Source: Octopus sinensis
Lineage: Eukaryota
DNA length: 64,000 nucleotides
Assembly: GCF_006345805.1 (NCBI RefSeq)
Contig: NC_043009.1
Location: 25,854,001-25,918,000, forward strand
Direction: 5' to 3'
Program-made: the position numbers and the translations under genes
The notes under the pieces: model-generated
Told to the model about the DNA's origin: nothing
The model's input: only the letters and a program-made list of their open reading frames with translations
Databases searched by the model: none
Shown here: positions 26,197-40,246 of the stretch, one piece after another
Layout: every line of letters begins with the position of its first letter
Position numbering within the stretch: the first letter of the stretch is position 1

Positions 26197-26490
26197 CTTT
26201 AGGTAAATATATTCAATAAGAATATTATATACTATATTGAGTGCTCAATTGTATCAAAATATAAATGCTTATCAATATTGGATTTCATTACAGGGACAAC
26301 TCTTCTGCGAAACGATCGTAAGATGCTTTAAATAATTAATTCAAAACTTTTAAATTTATTTATACATTATACTTACATTTATACATATATTTTTAATATA
26401 ATAAGTATTTTTACACGGATATATCTTATGATGAGTTTTGATATTAATTTCTTTATATTAATAATAATAATATATTATTAAATATATATA

Positions 26491-26521
<31 letters not shown>

Positions 26522-26734
26522 GACCTGCTCACCAAGCCAGTGGGGTGGCGTCATTCCAAAGCTAAAATATGCAAAGTGCATCGTGACCAGTGATGTATAA
26601 CAGCATCCGACAGTCTGGTCGATCACGTGATCAAGTTATATATAACTGTATCGACTAGAATATTTGATGTTGTACACCGCTTCGTCGTAGTTTTCGAATG
26701 ATGCCATCCCGCAGGCTTGGCGAGTAGACGACCA

Positions 26735-26910
26735 TCCTTTATAAATGGAACGTCAGTCTATCGCATAATTACTCATTTAGAGGTGAGTGGACCGGAGCAA
26801 CGTGGAATGAAGAGTTTTGCTCAGACACACAACGCACCGCCGGTCCGAGAATCGAAGCCACGATCTTGTAACCGTTTGTTCAACACCCTTACCACTAGGC
26901 CGCGCCCTTT
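26735..26910 (-). mobile_element. tRNA-headed SINE with CORE-like block
   Basis: On -: GGCCTAGTGGTAAGGGTG...GGCTTCGATTCTC...TGAGCAAAAC...CACGTTGCTCC. Confidence 0.6.
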
Positions 26911-27874
26911 CAAGCACACACACACTCACACACCCACACGTGTGCGTGTTTGTCCTTCCACCGTTTGGTTCGTTTATATCCACATAACTTAGCGGCTCGG
27001 CAAAAAGAAACCGATAGCATAAGTACCAGACTTTAAAAATTGAGTACTGAGGCTGATTTGTTCAACTAAACACCTCAAGGTGGTGCTCCAACATGGCTGA
27101 AGTACTATTAATAAAACAAGTGACATTTAAAACGGTAAAATGCTTAGTTGGATACAAAGTCACGTATTTGTGTGTGAGGAGGGTACGTAATCATTTCAGT
27201 CGGCAACTAGTACTCGACTGGTACATTATTTTATAGAGGTTAGAAAAGAAGACTAGAATAGATTGTGCCTGGATTTGAACTCAAGCTGCAATGGGCCATG
27301 ACCGAATACAGTAACAAAATTTGTTGCTAATATTCAAGTGATTAGATATAATCGCGTTCTTTGTAATTTAAAACATTTATCTTTATAATCTTTATATTTT
27401 ATAGGTTCTAGGTTCAGTCCCACTACGTGGCATGAGTGGATTTGGTTGATGGAAAGTGTAAAAACCGCAGTCTACTGAAACATGTAAAAGATTTTATATA
27501 TCACGCACACACCCAACACTCAATCCTACACATTTGTCTCACGAATCAAATTACCCAACATCACAATTTTCAGGTGAAAACTGGTCTCAAGCTCGCAGTA
27601 GCATGAAACTCGAGTAAATAAACGATGTAAATTTACTCTATGGTTTACAATCGTTTCGATATAACATGTGAGTTGCTGAAATGAGTGTAAACTATGGAAT
27701 AAAAGTAATATTAGCAATTGCATTCTTTACTTTTTAAACTCCCCAACGGAATATAATCTCCCGGATATTATCTTTGTTTGAAACCCCGTATGGTTCTAGC
27801 AGAGAAATTCTCATCCATACAAATGCCTAAGGTAAACACCAAGATTATATCATTACTTCTCACTCCCTATATAA

Positions 27875-27906
<32 letters not shown>

Positions 27907-29319
27907 TGTGATTAGCGTTTTTCTGGGATGATGTATAATAATGCAAAGAATAATAGTGGTTCCAGGTTTTGGTACAAGGCCAGCAATTTAGAGGGAGGGA
28001 GTTAGTCGATTACGTTGATCCCAGTGCTCGGCAAGTACTTATTTTATCGACTCCAAAGGGATGAAAGACAAAGTGGATCTCAGCGTAAGTTGAACTTGGA
28101 CGAAATTCTGCTCAATATTTTGCCTGGCGTGCGAACGATTCTGCCTGCTCGCCGCCTTAAAGCAAAGAATAATCTGTTAAGTTGAGTACAGTAACGGTTA
28201 TTTAAAACTGAGTTTATATGAATCGTCATTGTATACTCATTTCTGGACGTATCCCATGATTTTGGCAGGATTTCTTTTGGTTGAAAGCTCAAATTCTGAT
28301 TCTCCTGTTCAAATCCCCAGTTTGGGCTGAGATTGCAGTCAGAGATTATGTCGCAGTATCTTAACAGTCTCCACATATTCTTTAATTACTCTTTGCACTC
28401 CAATATATATTTTTTGTTAAAACAGATTTTATTATATCTTGAGATAGTCATCATGTCAATAATAAATGCATTGGTTCTATTTCGATTTTATTATTTGTCA
28501 ACTAGCTAGCATTTAACCAGTCAATTGATTAATTGTTCTGTTAATCAGCTTGATCAGTCAGAGTCATTTCATCACCATTCGTGACCTCGTCAATGTACAC
28601 ACGCTCTCAACTCCAGGTCATCACGAGATCTTTTTGTCTCCCAGAAGTTTTGTTCAGAAAAAAAAAAGCCGTTTTATTTTGCCCAAAGAAGTATTGTGAC
28701 TACTTAACGAAGAGTTCTTTACGATTTAGCGAGGATCGTTTGTCTTCGGCACTGTCATTTCAGATGTTCCGGCTTTTTAGGTTTCTGTAGAATTTCTAAT
28801 GTTTTTCTTTCTCATTCTTTATATTTGCGTCTTTTCTTGGTTGATGGTTTCATTAAAAAAGATTGCGGTATTTTTTTTTAGTTTACAGTTATTTTCTTTT
28901 TTGTTCTGTTTTCCTACATTGTTTGCTCTGGGTTAACTGTTTATATAAAAGTAGTTTTGAGACAATATCTACTTTCCTTTGTGACTATTGTGTCTATTAC
29001 ACAGATTAGTTGATTTGTCCTGGTAATATTAATGTTTACATCTGTTTCCACTATCTCAACATTAGCCCATTTCACGGTATTTTTTCTATATGCCGCCATT
29101 TTATTTTTCCTGTTGAGAAGAGTCTTTCTCTAGCCCATACAAACATCTATCGATTTTAATTCTTTAAATATTTCTATCATTAGATTGTTACCATATTTAA
29201 AATGTTCAGCTTTAGAAATTTCTATTCTTAACTGTCATATTCACTTACGCATATATATATATATATACCCTTACATTTCCACGTGTATTTTATATTTTCT
29301 TTTTATAACATCTTTCTAC

Positions 29320-29350
<31 letters not shown>

Positions 29351-30617
29351 CTCTATTTTCCTTGAAATATTGGAGTTTTACCGTTTTGTTTGTTATTCTT
29401 TTATTTTATTTGTTTGCTATGTCTGTCTTGGCGATTTACCTCTTCAATGTTTACAGCTTTGATGTTTATATTTTCCTTCTTGATATTTTTGTTTGCTGTA
29501 TATATTTTCCGTATTTAGTCTTCCATTTTCTTTAGTTTCCTATTTCGATATCTGATATTCAGTCGGTTTTAAGTATATAACTTCTCAAGACAGCCAGACT
29601 GTTTGGAGTTAAAGTTACTTCGAGATCAGCGATATATTCTCTTAAAAGATTTACGTCTGTTACGATAATCTCGCCTCAGATGGCGGTAGTGGCGCAGTCA
29701 GAATATAACGTAGTTTATAAAAAAACAACAAAAAAGCATAGAACCGTTTTCGTCACGAATCTTTTTATGCCTTTTCTGTTTTACTTGTGAGACATCAGAG
29801 GAAAAAAATCGTGTATTTATTTATGTGTCTATTAATATATATTTAAATTATTATCGCTTTTATTAATTTCAGGTGATGCGGAATTTTGTACTTCGGGTTT
29901 AGTGAAATTTTATGCTTCCAATTCAAAGAAGGTATTAACTTATTGAAAAGTAAAACAATAAAATCTGAGGGAACTGGTGATGGTTTAAGTTGGTAAATAG
30001 TAAATATAGACATCTCGTTAAAATGAATAAATTATTTTGTTGTGAAGAAGAAAATCTAACGTTTAAGACAAGACTCTTCATCAGAGAAATACAGAAAGGG
30101 AAAGATAAAGAAATAGAGAAGGCTCGGGAGAGAGTGTGAGAGAGCAAAAGAAAGAGAGAGAGGGAGAGAGATGAAATTATATTTCATCTCTATCCCAAAA
30201 GAATCCTGCAGGAAACGTTAGGTGGTTAGCATTTTCTTTTCAACCGCGGAGGGAATGATACGAATTTCAGTTTTATGCAAGCATACTTATATAGATACGT
30301 AACACAATACACTCCTATTTATATTTATATATCGTTGCTATTATGCAAAAGTGTCGTAAGTCCAAAACGTTGCTTTTTCAAAAAACTGAAAAATAGTTTT
30401 ACCATTCCATTTCTTTTTACATTAGCAACAGTTTCAGCTTAACAATAATACTTTGTTGAGTGCATAAAATCGTAACTCCATGCATATATGATATTTTCAA
30501 TCAGAAATAATTTTGCAAAACTGTCGTATGTGAAGCTTAATACACTTATGACAATTTTCATCTGAAGCAGCTGGAGATACGGTAGTTTGACCGAAAGAAC
30601 CGGCTATAGAAACATGT

Positions 30618-30669
<52 letters not shown>

Positions 30670-30846
30670 CAGTGTGATAAGAAGTTTGCTTTTCTGCTGC
30701 GTGATTTTTGGTTCAGTGCCACCCCGTGGTGTGTGGTACTTGGCAATTGTCTTCTACTATCGCCTTGGGCCGATCAAATCCTTGTGAGTGGATTTGGTAG
30801 ACGGAGACTGGGAAAAGTTCGTGTGTGTGTGTGTGTGTGTGTGTAT

Positions 30847-30925
30847 GCTCCTCACCACCGCTTTCAAACTCTTGGAGCAATGTCATTATATATATATATA
30901 TATATATATATCTATATATATATAT

Positions 30926-30960
<35 letters not shown>

Positions 30961-32309
30961 GAAGAGATCGTACTTATAATGAATAAATCGCTGCATATAA
31001 ATATGCAACAATATGCAGCTCGTGCGATCGAAATGCGTGGCGGAAAATTATGAATAAATCAACTCTAAATAAACATAAAGTTTGACTGTTCAAAAAATCT
31101 GTAACATCGCATTGGAGTTAAAGGAAATTTACCATAAAATGCACCATCTGAAGGAACCAGCTCAAGCATTTTACATAGAGAAATTCGGTACCTGCTTGGA
31201 TATTATATCCCTCCTCTTAGTGTATATACATATATATATATATATCCCTTTCTTTCCTTCTCTGAGCGTCTTATTAATACTTTGCATATACCACACCCGT
31301 GCGCTGTTGTCTTTTTCTTGTCCTCTTTTTCCTCCGATTTTTAAAATTTACACACACACCACACACACATACATACACACACACATATGGATATGTTTGT
31401 ATACAGGAGGATAGATTATATTTTTTTATAAAGAAATGATTAACATCGGTTACAAGTTTCGCCACTAATCAGTCGTCAGACTGTGAATATTGTAGTTTTA
31501 CTTGTGGATAGCGACATGAGTATAGAGAATTGCTTATAAACAGGGTTTTAGCGGGTTAAGTTTAACAAAACAAAAACAAAAAAAAAACAAACAAAACAAG
31601 AAATAAACAAACAGTAGAGATTGTAGGAATGTAAAACCGAATTAACCAATTTTAACCCACTCTCTTTGTTTGAGGACAGTTGTATTTGGTTTGTTTACTG
31701 CAATAAAGGTTAACTGACGCTTCCGTATGCTTGCTATCTCTATTTGTATAACTATCTTCAAAATTTCGACAGGGTTAAAATGAATTAAGAGGCACTGGAG
31801 AATATAACTTTAATATTATTTATTGAAAGCGGACAGTTTGTGCAGTTGATAATGAAGTTTTGTCTGTAATTGGGTGGGTAAAGGGGAAAGATAATTGATT
31901 TAGGGGGCGAGTGGGCTCACGGATTAAGTGGAAGTAGAATTACTACATAATATTTTTAGGCAAACGGAGTTTACAGAAATACGCGAGGTCAACCAGTCTA
32001 CTTTATATATATATATATATATATATATAGTTGAATTGTAGGTCATCGAATGCAGCTAGTAATCTTTTAATCGAACCTGGAGGCATGGCTGAGATTCGAA
32101 CTTCCAATGAAATTCAATCAGTTACAGCAGCAGAGGGATGTGTGTATATAATTCATTTAAGTTGTTTCCCAGAGAGAGAGAGAGAGAGAGAAGTGGGGGT
32201 ATGGAAAGGGTGAGATTAAGGGAAAAATTCATAAATACCCCCACACAAGATTGAAAGAGAGAGGAAGATGTATGGTGAGAGTGAGAAAGCGGTACACACA
32301 CACACACAT

Positions 32310-32380
<71 letters not shown>

Positions 32381-32448
32381 GTATATATGTGTGTGTGTGT
32401 GTGTGTGTATGCTCCTCACCACCGCTTTCAAACTCTTGGAGCAATGTC

Positions 32449-32496
<48 letters not shown>

Positions 32497-33893
32497 CACA
32501 CACACACAACACACACACACACACCCTGAAGAGATCGTACTTATAATGAATAAATCGCTGCATATAAATATGCAACAATATGCAGCTCGTGCGATCGAAA
32601 TGCGTGGCGGAAAATTATGAATAAATCAACTCTAAATAAACATAAAGTTTGACTGTTCAAAAAATCTGTAACATCGCATTGGAGTTAAAGGAAATTTACC
32701 ATAAAATGCACCATCTGAAGGAACCAGCTCAAGCATTTTACATAGAGAAATTCGGTACCTGCTTGGATATTATATCCCTCCTCTTAGTGTATATACATAT
32801 ATATATATATATATCCCTTTCTTTCCTTCTCTGAGCGTCTTATTAATACTTTGCATATACCACACCCGTGCGCTGTTGTCTTTTTCTTGTCCTCTTTTTC
32901 CTCCGATTTTTAAAATTTACACACACACATACATACACACACACACATACATACACACACACACATATGGATATGTTTGTATACAGGAGGATAGATTATA
33001 TTTTTTTATAAAGAAATGATTAACATCGGTTACAAAGTTTCGCCACTAATCAGTCGTCAGACTGTGAATATTGTAGTTTTACTTGTGGATAGCGACATGA
33101 GTATAGAGAATTGCTTATAAACAGGGTTTTAGCGGGTTAAGTTTAACAAAAACAAAAACAAAAAAAAAACAAACAAAACAAGAAATAAACAAACAGTAGA
33201 GATTGTAGGAATGTAAAACCGAATTAACCAATTTTAACCCACTCTCTTTGTTTGAGGACAGTTGTATTTGGTTTGTTTACTGCAATAAAGGTTAACTGGA
33301 CGCTTCCGTATGCTTGCTATCTCTATTTGTATAACTATCTTCAAAATTTCGACAGGGTTAAAATGAATTAAGAGGCACTGGAGAATATAACTTTAATATT
33401 ATTTATTGAAAGCGGACAGTTTGTGCAGTTGATAATGAAGTTTTGTCTGTAATTGGGTGGGTAAAGGGGAAAGATAATTGATTTAGGGGGCGAGTGGGCT
33501 CACGGATTAAGTGGAAGTAGAATTACTACATAATATTTTTAGGCAAACGGAGTTTACAGAAATACGCGAGGTCAACCAGTCTACTTTATATATATATATA
33601 TATATAGTTGAATTGTAGGTCATCGAATGCAGCTAGTAATCTTTTAATCGAACCTGGAGGCATGGCTGAGATTCGAACTTCCAATGAAATTCAATCAGTT
33701 ACAGCAGCAGAGGGATGTGTGTATATAATTCATTAAGTTGTTTCCCAGAGAGAGAGAGAGAGAGAGAAGTGGGGGTATGGAAAGGGTGAGATTAAGGGAA
33801 AAATTCATAAATACCCCCACACAAGATTGAAAGAGAGAGGAAGATGTAGTGGTGAGAGTGAGAAAGCGGTACACACACACACACATATATATT

Positions 33894-33958
<65 letters not shown>

Positions 33959-33980
33959 GTATATGTGTGTGTGTGTGTGT
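30847..33980. repeat. Near-identical tandem duplication, unit ~1564 bp (30847-32410 and 32411-~33980)
   Basis: GCTCCTCACCACCGC starts at 30847 and at 32411. All differences I saw are small indels. Both breakpoints fall in (GT)n. Confidence 0.95.
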
Positions 33981-35079
33981 GTGTAACGCAAGGAAAGAGT
34001 GAGAGAGAGACAGAGATAGTAAGAAAAAACGATATTTGGTGAGAAAAAAAAAGAGAAATAATATATGAGAGGAAGAGAAACACTGAATAAAGTGGACATT
34101 AGGGATGGAGGGAGGGAGGGAGAGCTTGTGTGAAAATGAAGCCAGAAGTGTATAACTTATACACACATACATGTAAACACACGCTCGAACTCGTACACAC
34201 TCTCACTCGCCTATATCTACACACACACACACACACACACAATCTTAGACTCAGAATTAACTTTACACTCGTCAATGCATACATAAATGGCAATATAATA
34301 ACACACACACATATTATATGCATATATGCACACTATATATATATACAAACACGCATGCACTCATACATTTGCTGACGCAGCTGCGTCTATAAGCATGCTA
34401 GCGTTGTCCATAAACCGATGGAGGCACACGCATATATATTACACATACCTATACGCATGTACACCCACACGTTTATACACGCTTGTGTGTGTGTGTGTGT
34501 GAAAGTATATTTGAGTACGGGAATATATTGGCGTGTGCGTGAGTATATATTTGTGTATACACGAAATAAATATATATATATGTGTGTGTGTGTGTAGGAA
34601 TATCAAACTGAGTACGTGTATATTTATGAATGCGTATATCTGTGAAAGGTTTCACGAAATGCAAAATAAAATCACAATCTTCGCCTGAGAGAAAAATAAG
34701 AGATTAAAGCAACAACAAAAGTAGTGGGTAGAACACAGCAACAACAACTACCATAAAAAATAACAAAAATAAAAACATCAACAACAACAACAACAACAAC
34801 CAAAAAAGGGGTTGTTTTACATGTTTAGTTTCGAGGCAGCAAATCTAGACAAAAGATTCGCGTGTTCGAATCTTTAGAAGCCCTCGTCGAGCCCTAGGGC
34901 CGAGACTGCGGCAATTTTTTGTTTTACATAATAGAATTTCATAAGGCGCAGGCGTGTTGGTGTGGTAAGAAGCTTTCTTCCCAGCCACATGGTTCCCTGT
35001 TCAGTCCCACATCATGGCACCTGACCAAATCCTTGTGAGTGGATTTGGTAGACAAAAACTGAAAGAAGCCTGTCGTGTC

Positions 35080-35115
<36 letters not shown>

Positions 35116-36299
35116 ATTATATATATATATATATAAGGAAAAGAGATGACAAAGGAATAACTGATTACCTTATGAACTTCATTAACTTACAGCCGTTTCC
35201 GTTGTAAGATGTGGTTGATTCATAACTGAGTGCCTGAATCAATACCCTGCACTTTCGTCAGAGCCTCAAACATGAAGTGCACTTCATGCAGGCATGGGTA
35301 ATTGCAAGTTTTACCCTCAAACCTTACCTGGGCCTACCCCCACCACAACACGCATGTGTAGAAGTCTGGTGGTCAACTTTGACCAATAGATTCCTAATAA
35401 ATTTCCTAGCTTCAAGTAAAATTTGACAAAGATGTTAATCGTTCTAACCCGAAAGAGCTTGAGTTATGAATTCCGTTGTCGTTGCTGTTTAGTAGTAGAT
35501 TAGCTTTAAGACTGAACAGTCCTATGATCAAAAGCTCTCCGGCTGTGACAACCCAGTTTTTTTGTTGAGGCATCGTTTATTTAAGGATACTCAAAATGTC
35601 CTTTTCTATTTTAAGATGGTAGGTTGCTATTTGAAGGCGATTTGGCTGCTATGTCTAGCAAGTTCAATGACCACGCAAAGACTTTTCTCAATGGGTCGAA
35701 TGGCTTCGGTTGTAGAGTAGAACGATGTCTGCATGCGGCTGAAGAGACCCAGCGCATCGAAACAGTAAATTCTTTTGCGATTATTGGGTTTTCTATAAGC
35801 TATGTAGTACCTCATTTTCACTACATATACATTCATATATATAGAACTGGAGAAAAGAAAGATCTATAGAGAAGTAATCAGAAATTTATAGCTTTTATAT
35901 CCAGGCTAGAAATTTTCATTTGTTCCTCTTATTATAGAAGTACTGTACTATGTTACTGCAGATTTGTAGAAAGCCAATTGACTCGCATTCTCCAAATGCA
36001 GTTGATAAGTGACACATCGTAAATATGAAAAGCGTTCCAGGGATTCCCTGTTTGAGGGTCCTTAATTGAAGGTATGCACACAATTGCATGAACATATGGA
36101 ATACACACATGCACAATCATCAGATATTTCTCTTTCAAAACTTTCTTAGATTTTTTTCTCTTCTAAGCTTTTGTAGTGCCTTGGAATATATTCTCTGATT
36201 GGTGATCGAGGATATACACACCCTCGAAAGTAGTCAGCTCTACCGCAACAAAGCATCTCGGAAAAGATTTATGTTTATCAGAATCAGAAGAGAGCCATA

Positions 36300-36516
36300 C
36301 GAGGAGTGTTGAAAAGTTCCTGGCTTTAAAGGTGTCGCGATAGGCCTGGCTGGAGGCCCAACTTTCCGAGTTCTTTAACAGGGCTTAGAAAAACTGAAGG
36401 ACCGCTGCAATAAGTGTGTGAATCTGAGAGGAGAATACGTTGAATAAAAATCATAATTAACTGATCCGCCTGTATTTTCTTTTACCCAAAACCAAGAACT
36501 TAACAGCACCCCCTAG
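36300..36516 (+). mobile_element. Mariner-derived MITE (217 bp) with TA duplication
   Basis: TIRs TA|CGAGGAGTGTTGAAAAGTTCCTGG and CCAAGAACTTAACAGCACCCCCTAG|TA. It retains the transposase C-terminus LKDRCNKCVNLRGEYVE*. Confidence 0.85.
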
Positions 36517-36650
36517 TATACGGTTGTTAGAAAGCCTCCAATTAATTGCAGCATAACTAGTCAGAGTAGTTCATGTGGTCCCACCAAACATAGTTCTCTT
36601 ATTGAAGGACATTTGTCAGCCGTGGAACTGGAAATAACAAAAAATACATA

Positions 36651-36849
36651 TTTCTTTATTACCCACAAGGCGCTAAACATAGAGGGGACAAACAAGGACA
36701 GACATAGGTATTATGTCGATTACATCGACCCCAGTGCGTAACTGGTACTTAATTTATCGACCTCGAAAGGATGAAAGGCAAAGTCGACCTCGGCGGAATT
36801 TGAACTCAGAACGTAACAGCAGACGAAATACGTGCCAGCTCGCCACCTT
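36651..36849 (-). mobile_element. S2 SINE with tail type A (Tx1-like tail), internally deleted
   Basis: On -: AAGGTGGCGAGCTGGC...TGTTTGTCCCCTCTATGTTTAGCGCCTTGTGGGTAATAAAGAAA. Confidence 0.85.
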
Positions 36850-37126
36850 ATAACAAAAGATACCGGATACACAAAAGGTGTAAGAAAGCAGGTAAAGCAG
36901 TTTTGAGAAGTGAAGATTCTGAGAAATTAACATTGAAAGATGTGGCCAAAATCTTCAGAAGTTGTCTGAAAATGTCATTACGATATTATCCAATCCGGAT
37001 TGCCCACAATACAAAATATCGAAATATAAGAAGTTACAGGGATATGGAAGGTATATTCACTCTTAACATGAAAGGATGCTGACGGAATTTGGGAGTTAAT
37101 CAGGTGACTTGAGCCGATACCGTTTC

Positions 37127-37164
37127 GTACTTACTTCAGCATTACATATATTAAAATTGGAACG
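37127..37164 (+). pseudogene. 5' fragment (38 nt) of U6 snRNA
   Basis: GTACTTACTTCAGCATTACATATATTAAAATTGGAACG matches the conserved U6 5' end (...CTTCGGCAG.ACATATA.TAAAATTGGAACG) and stops before the ACAGAGA box. Confidence 0.75.
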
Positions 37165-37336
37165 GTCTGGTACGGCTCCAACAACGGAAATTACATCTTA
37201 GACCGGCCATTTTAGCCATCATAAAACATGCGAAAACTTCATTATATCTCGAAGTGCCAAATTTTCGTTGCAAAACTGCTTTATTGGAACTATCTCAGTG
37301 TATCGCTGTATGTAAGTATATCTAATCCTCACTTTT

Positions 37337-37367
<31 letters not shown>

Positions 37368-38234
37368 CAGACACCACACACACATACATATATAAATACA
37401 GAGGTACAGATCAAAGTACACTTACCGTATATATCTTCATCATTAGCGGCATCTTTATTCTCTTCTGGAAACCATGTTTTCGACTTCATTTAAAGATCAC
37501 AATATATCATCCAATAGACAAGGGAATTACTAATGCTATCATAAAAAAATATACTTTTCTCTCTTCATGTCGTTGATCATTTCAGGATAGATCTAACATC
37601 ACTATATATTTGTAAAGTTCAGCTTTCAAATTTCAAGTCGAATGTCTTCTGCATTTTTCTTCTAAAATACCGATTTTATGACCTTCCAATGGGTAAACAC
37701 CTAAGTTATTCGAAGCGGAATGACAAAACCTGATAATAAAGAAACAAACAAAAAAAACATTAACCAGTCAGTTATAAGAATGTTATAAAAATGATTTTAT
37801 AACCGAATTTTGCAGTGGAGTATTTAAGCCTTAACGGGAAAGGAAAAACTGAGATTAGGCAAGGGATTTTGCTATTGTTCTTATCTTGAATACAAGACGG
37901 CAGAATCCATTTATTCTCATCCAAGTTTACCGAAAACGGTAAACTTCAATGAAAAGAAGGAGAAAAAAAAATGGCGAATGTGTTTGTCGTCTGTTACAGC
38001 CCACGTTTATCGAGACGTAATGTTTCAACATTGATATCGACCAGGGGTATATTATTAATACGTTTGTATAAGCTGCTGGATTATGTTGCATATTTAACAA
38101 CTTTCACCAGTGAAAGAAATATTTCATCGGCGAAACGAAAAATCTCACATGAAATGTGTGTGTGTGTGTGTGTGAGACACTAACAATGTAGAGTCAAAGA
38201 CTGTTATAATGATCAAAGAATGGATATATATATG

Positions 38235-38267
<33 letters not shown>

Positions 38268-38384
38268 GTGTATAAATATATGTGCATGTATATGTATACG
38301 CACGTGAACAACAGATAGATGCACATAAAAGAAAAGCAAGGTGGAAATTTATAAAAGATTCATTTATCAAATCGTTACTCTGAG

Positions 38385-38468
<84 letters not shown>

Positions 38469-39506
38469 GATTGTAAAATGTTGATTTATATACAGAAGGC
38501 CGTTTAAAATATATATTTACTGCAAACGTTATTGAAAAGAGAATCAGGGAAAAAAAAGAGAGAAAAAAGGAAACAAGTATTTAAACCAAGATAGGAAAAT
38601 GGCAAAAATGAAACGACAATGAATGAAAGAGAATGAGTGAACGACAGTGAAAAATAAATAACAATTGTCAAATAAGGAATGAATAACTGGAAGGACTGTG
38701 TAAATGAATGAAAGAAAAATGATAATTATATATATATAGAAAATTTATACACATATCTATCAATCTATCCACACAAATCTATGTGTCAATACATCTCTCT
38801 CATATATATATATATAATATATATGTATATATATATATATAGCTTACTAGCTCTCTCGTATACATAACCTACTCCACTTTCCCCCCCATACCCGTCCATT
38901 ATATATATGTGTATATATATATATACATATATATAAATAAATGGAGGGTGTAAGAGAGAAAATCTATTGAGTAGGAATCATTTATCAAACTTTTATCAAG
39001 TGAAGTTCAATATAGAAAATCTGACAACTGAAAACCGAAACCACTCACTTGCTACCACGTCTTTCAATCATACTCTCACCCCAACTCGATTCTGTTTCAA
39101 GTATGAAATCGGTCTGTTGATGGTGTACAATCGGATTGCTAACACTAAATAGATACTGACGGTGACACGTTCTTGTTGCGAAATATGTGCAGTTGTCTTT
39201 TTTTTTTTCGCTTCTCTCGAAAAGTGTGACAAAAAGATATTGTAGACATAGAGATACTGAAGGAGAGAGAGAGAGAGATGAGATAAAAAGCGTGAAGGAG
39301 AGAGAGAGAGAGAGAGATGCAGAGAATGAAGGGAAGAGAGAGAAAAAGAGAGAGAGAGAGATACAAACACAGAGAGAAAGAGATGAGAGATAGATAGGAT
39401 ATAGAGTAAAGAGAAGAGAGAGAGAGCGATGGTATGCAGAGAGAGCGAGCGAGAGAGAGAGACAGAATGGCATACAAAGAGAGAGAGAGAGAGATTCAAG
39501 AAGCAA

Positions 39507-39537
<31 letters not shown>

Positions 39538-39865
39538 CAACAGAGAGATAGAAGGAGCGAGAGAATGAATGGCAGAGACTATTAGTAAAAGATTAATCTT
39601 CTATTTTGTAGTCAAACGAAAGCATCCATTCATTTTAATATCTTATCTCTTAGACTCGCTGATCTTATTTACTGTTCGTTTGTGATACAGTTGGATTTCA
39701 GAAAACAGATTTGAAGTTTATGAGAATCCTAGATCTTAGATAAAACGGATAACCTCTTCAAACGATGAGAAACGAATTTATTTTCCATTTATTCTTGAAA
39801 GGTAGACTGGTGGATTAATGGCAGTGTTTCTTTTTGCTATTTGATTTCCTCTCTCTCACTCCTCT

Positions 39866-40012
39866 CGCAGTAAGTAGTTTGCTTACCAGCCACATGGTTC
39901 CAGGTTCAGTCCCACTGCGTGACACCTTGGGCAAGTGTCTTCTACTATAGCCTCGGGCCGACCAAGGCCTTGTGAGTGGATTGGGAAACGGAAACTGAAA
40001 GAAGCTCGGCAT

Positions 40013-40047
<35 letters not shown>

Positions 40048-40222
40048 AACTTTCCACTATCGCTCGACAACCAATGTAGGTGTGTTTATGTCTCCTTGAC
40101 TTAGCGGTTCGACAAAAGACTAACAGAATAAGTACTATGCTTACAATAAATAAGTCATGGGGTTGATTTGTTCGACTAAAAGCGGTGCTCCAGCATGGCC
40201 GCAATCAATTGACTGAAATAAA
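39866..40222 (+). mobile_element. S1 SINE with internal (AT)n
   Basis: Aligns to the 48761 copy. Confidence 0.85.
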
Positions 40223-40246
40223 TAATATATATATATATATATATAT

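Noticed and set aside
35735-35775. CTGAAGA...GAAACAGTA motif
   Set aside because: Stem II is only 2 bp and stem I cannot pair; likely chance.
35962-36071. Exon-like segment between CTGCAG and GTATGC
   Set aside because: All three frames contain stops and the pyrimidine tract is weak; at most a non-coding exon.
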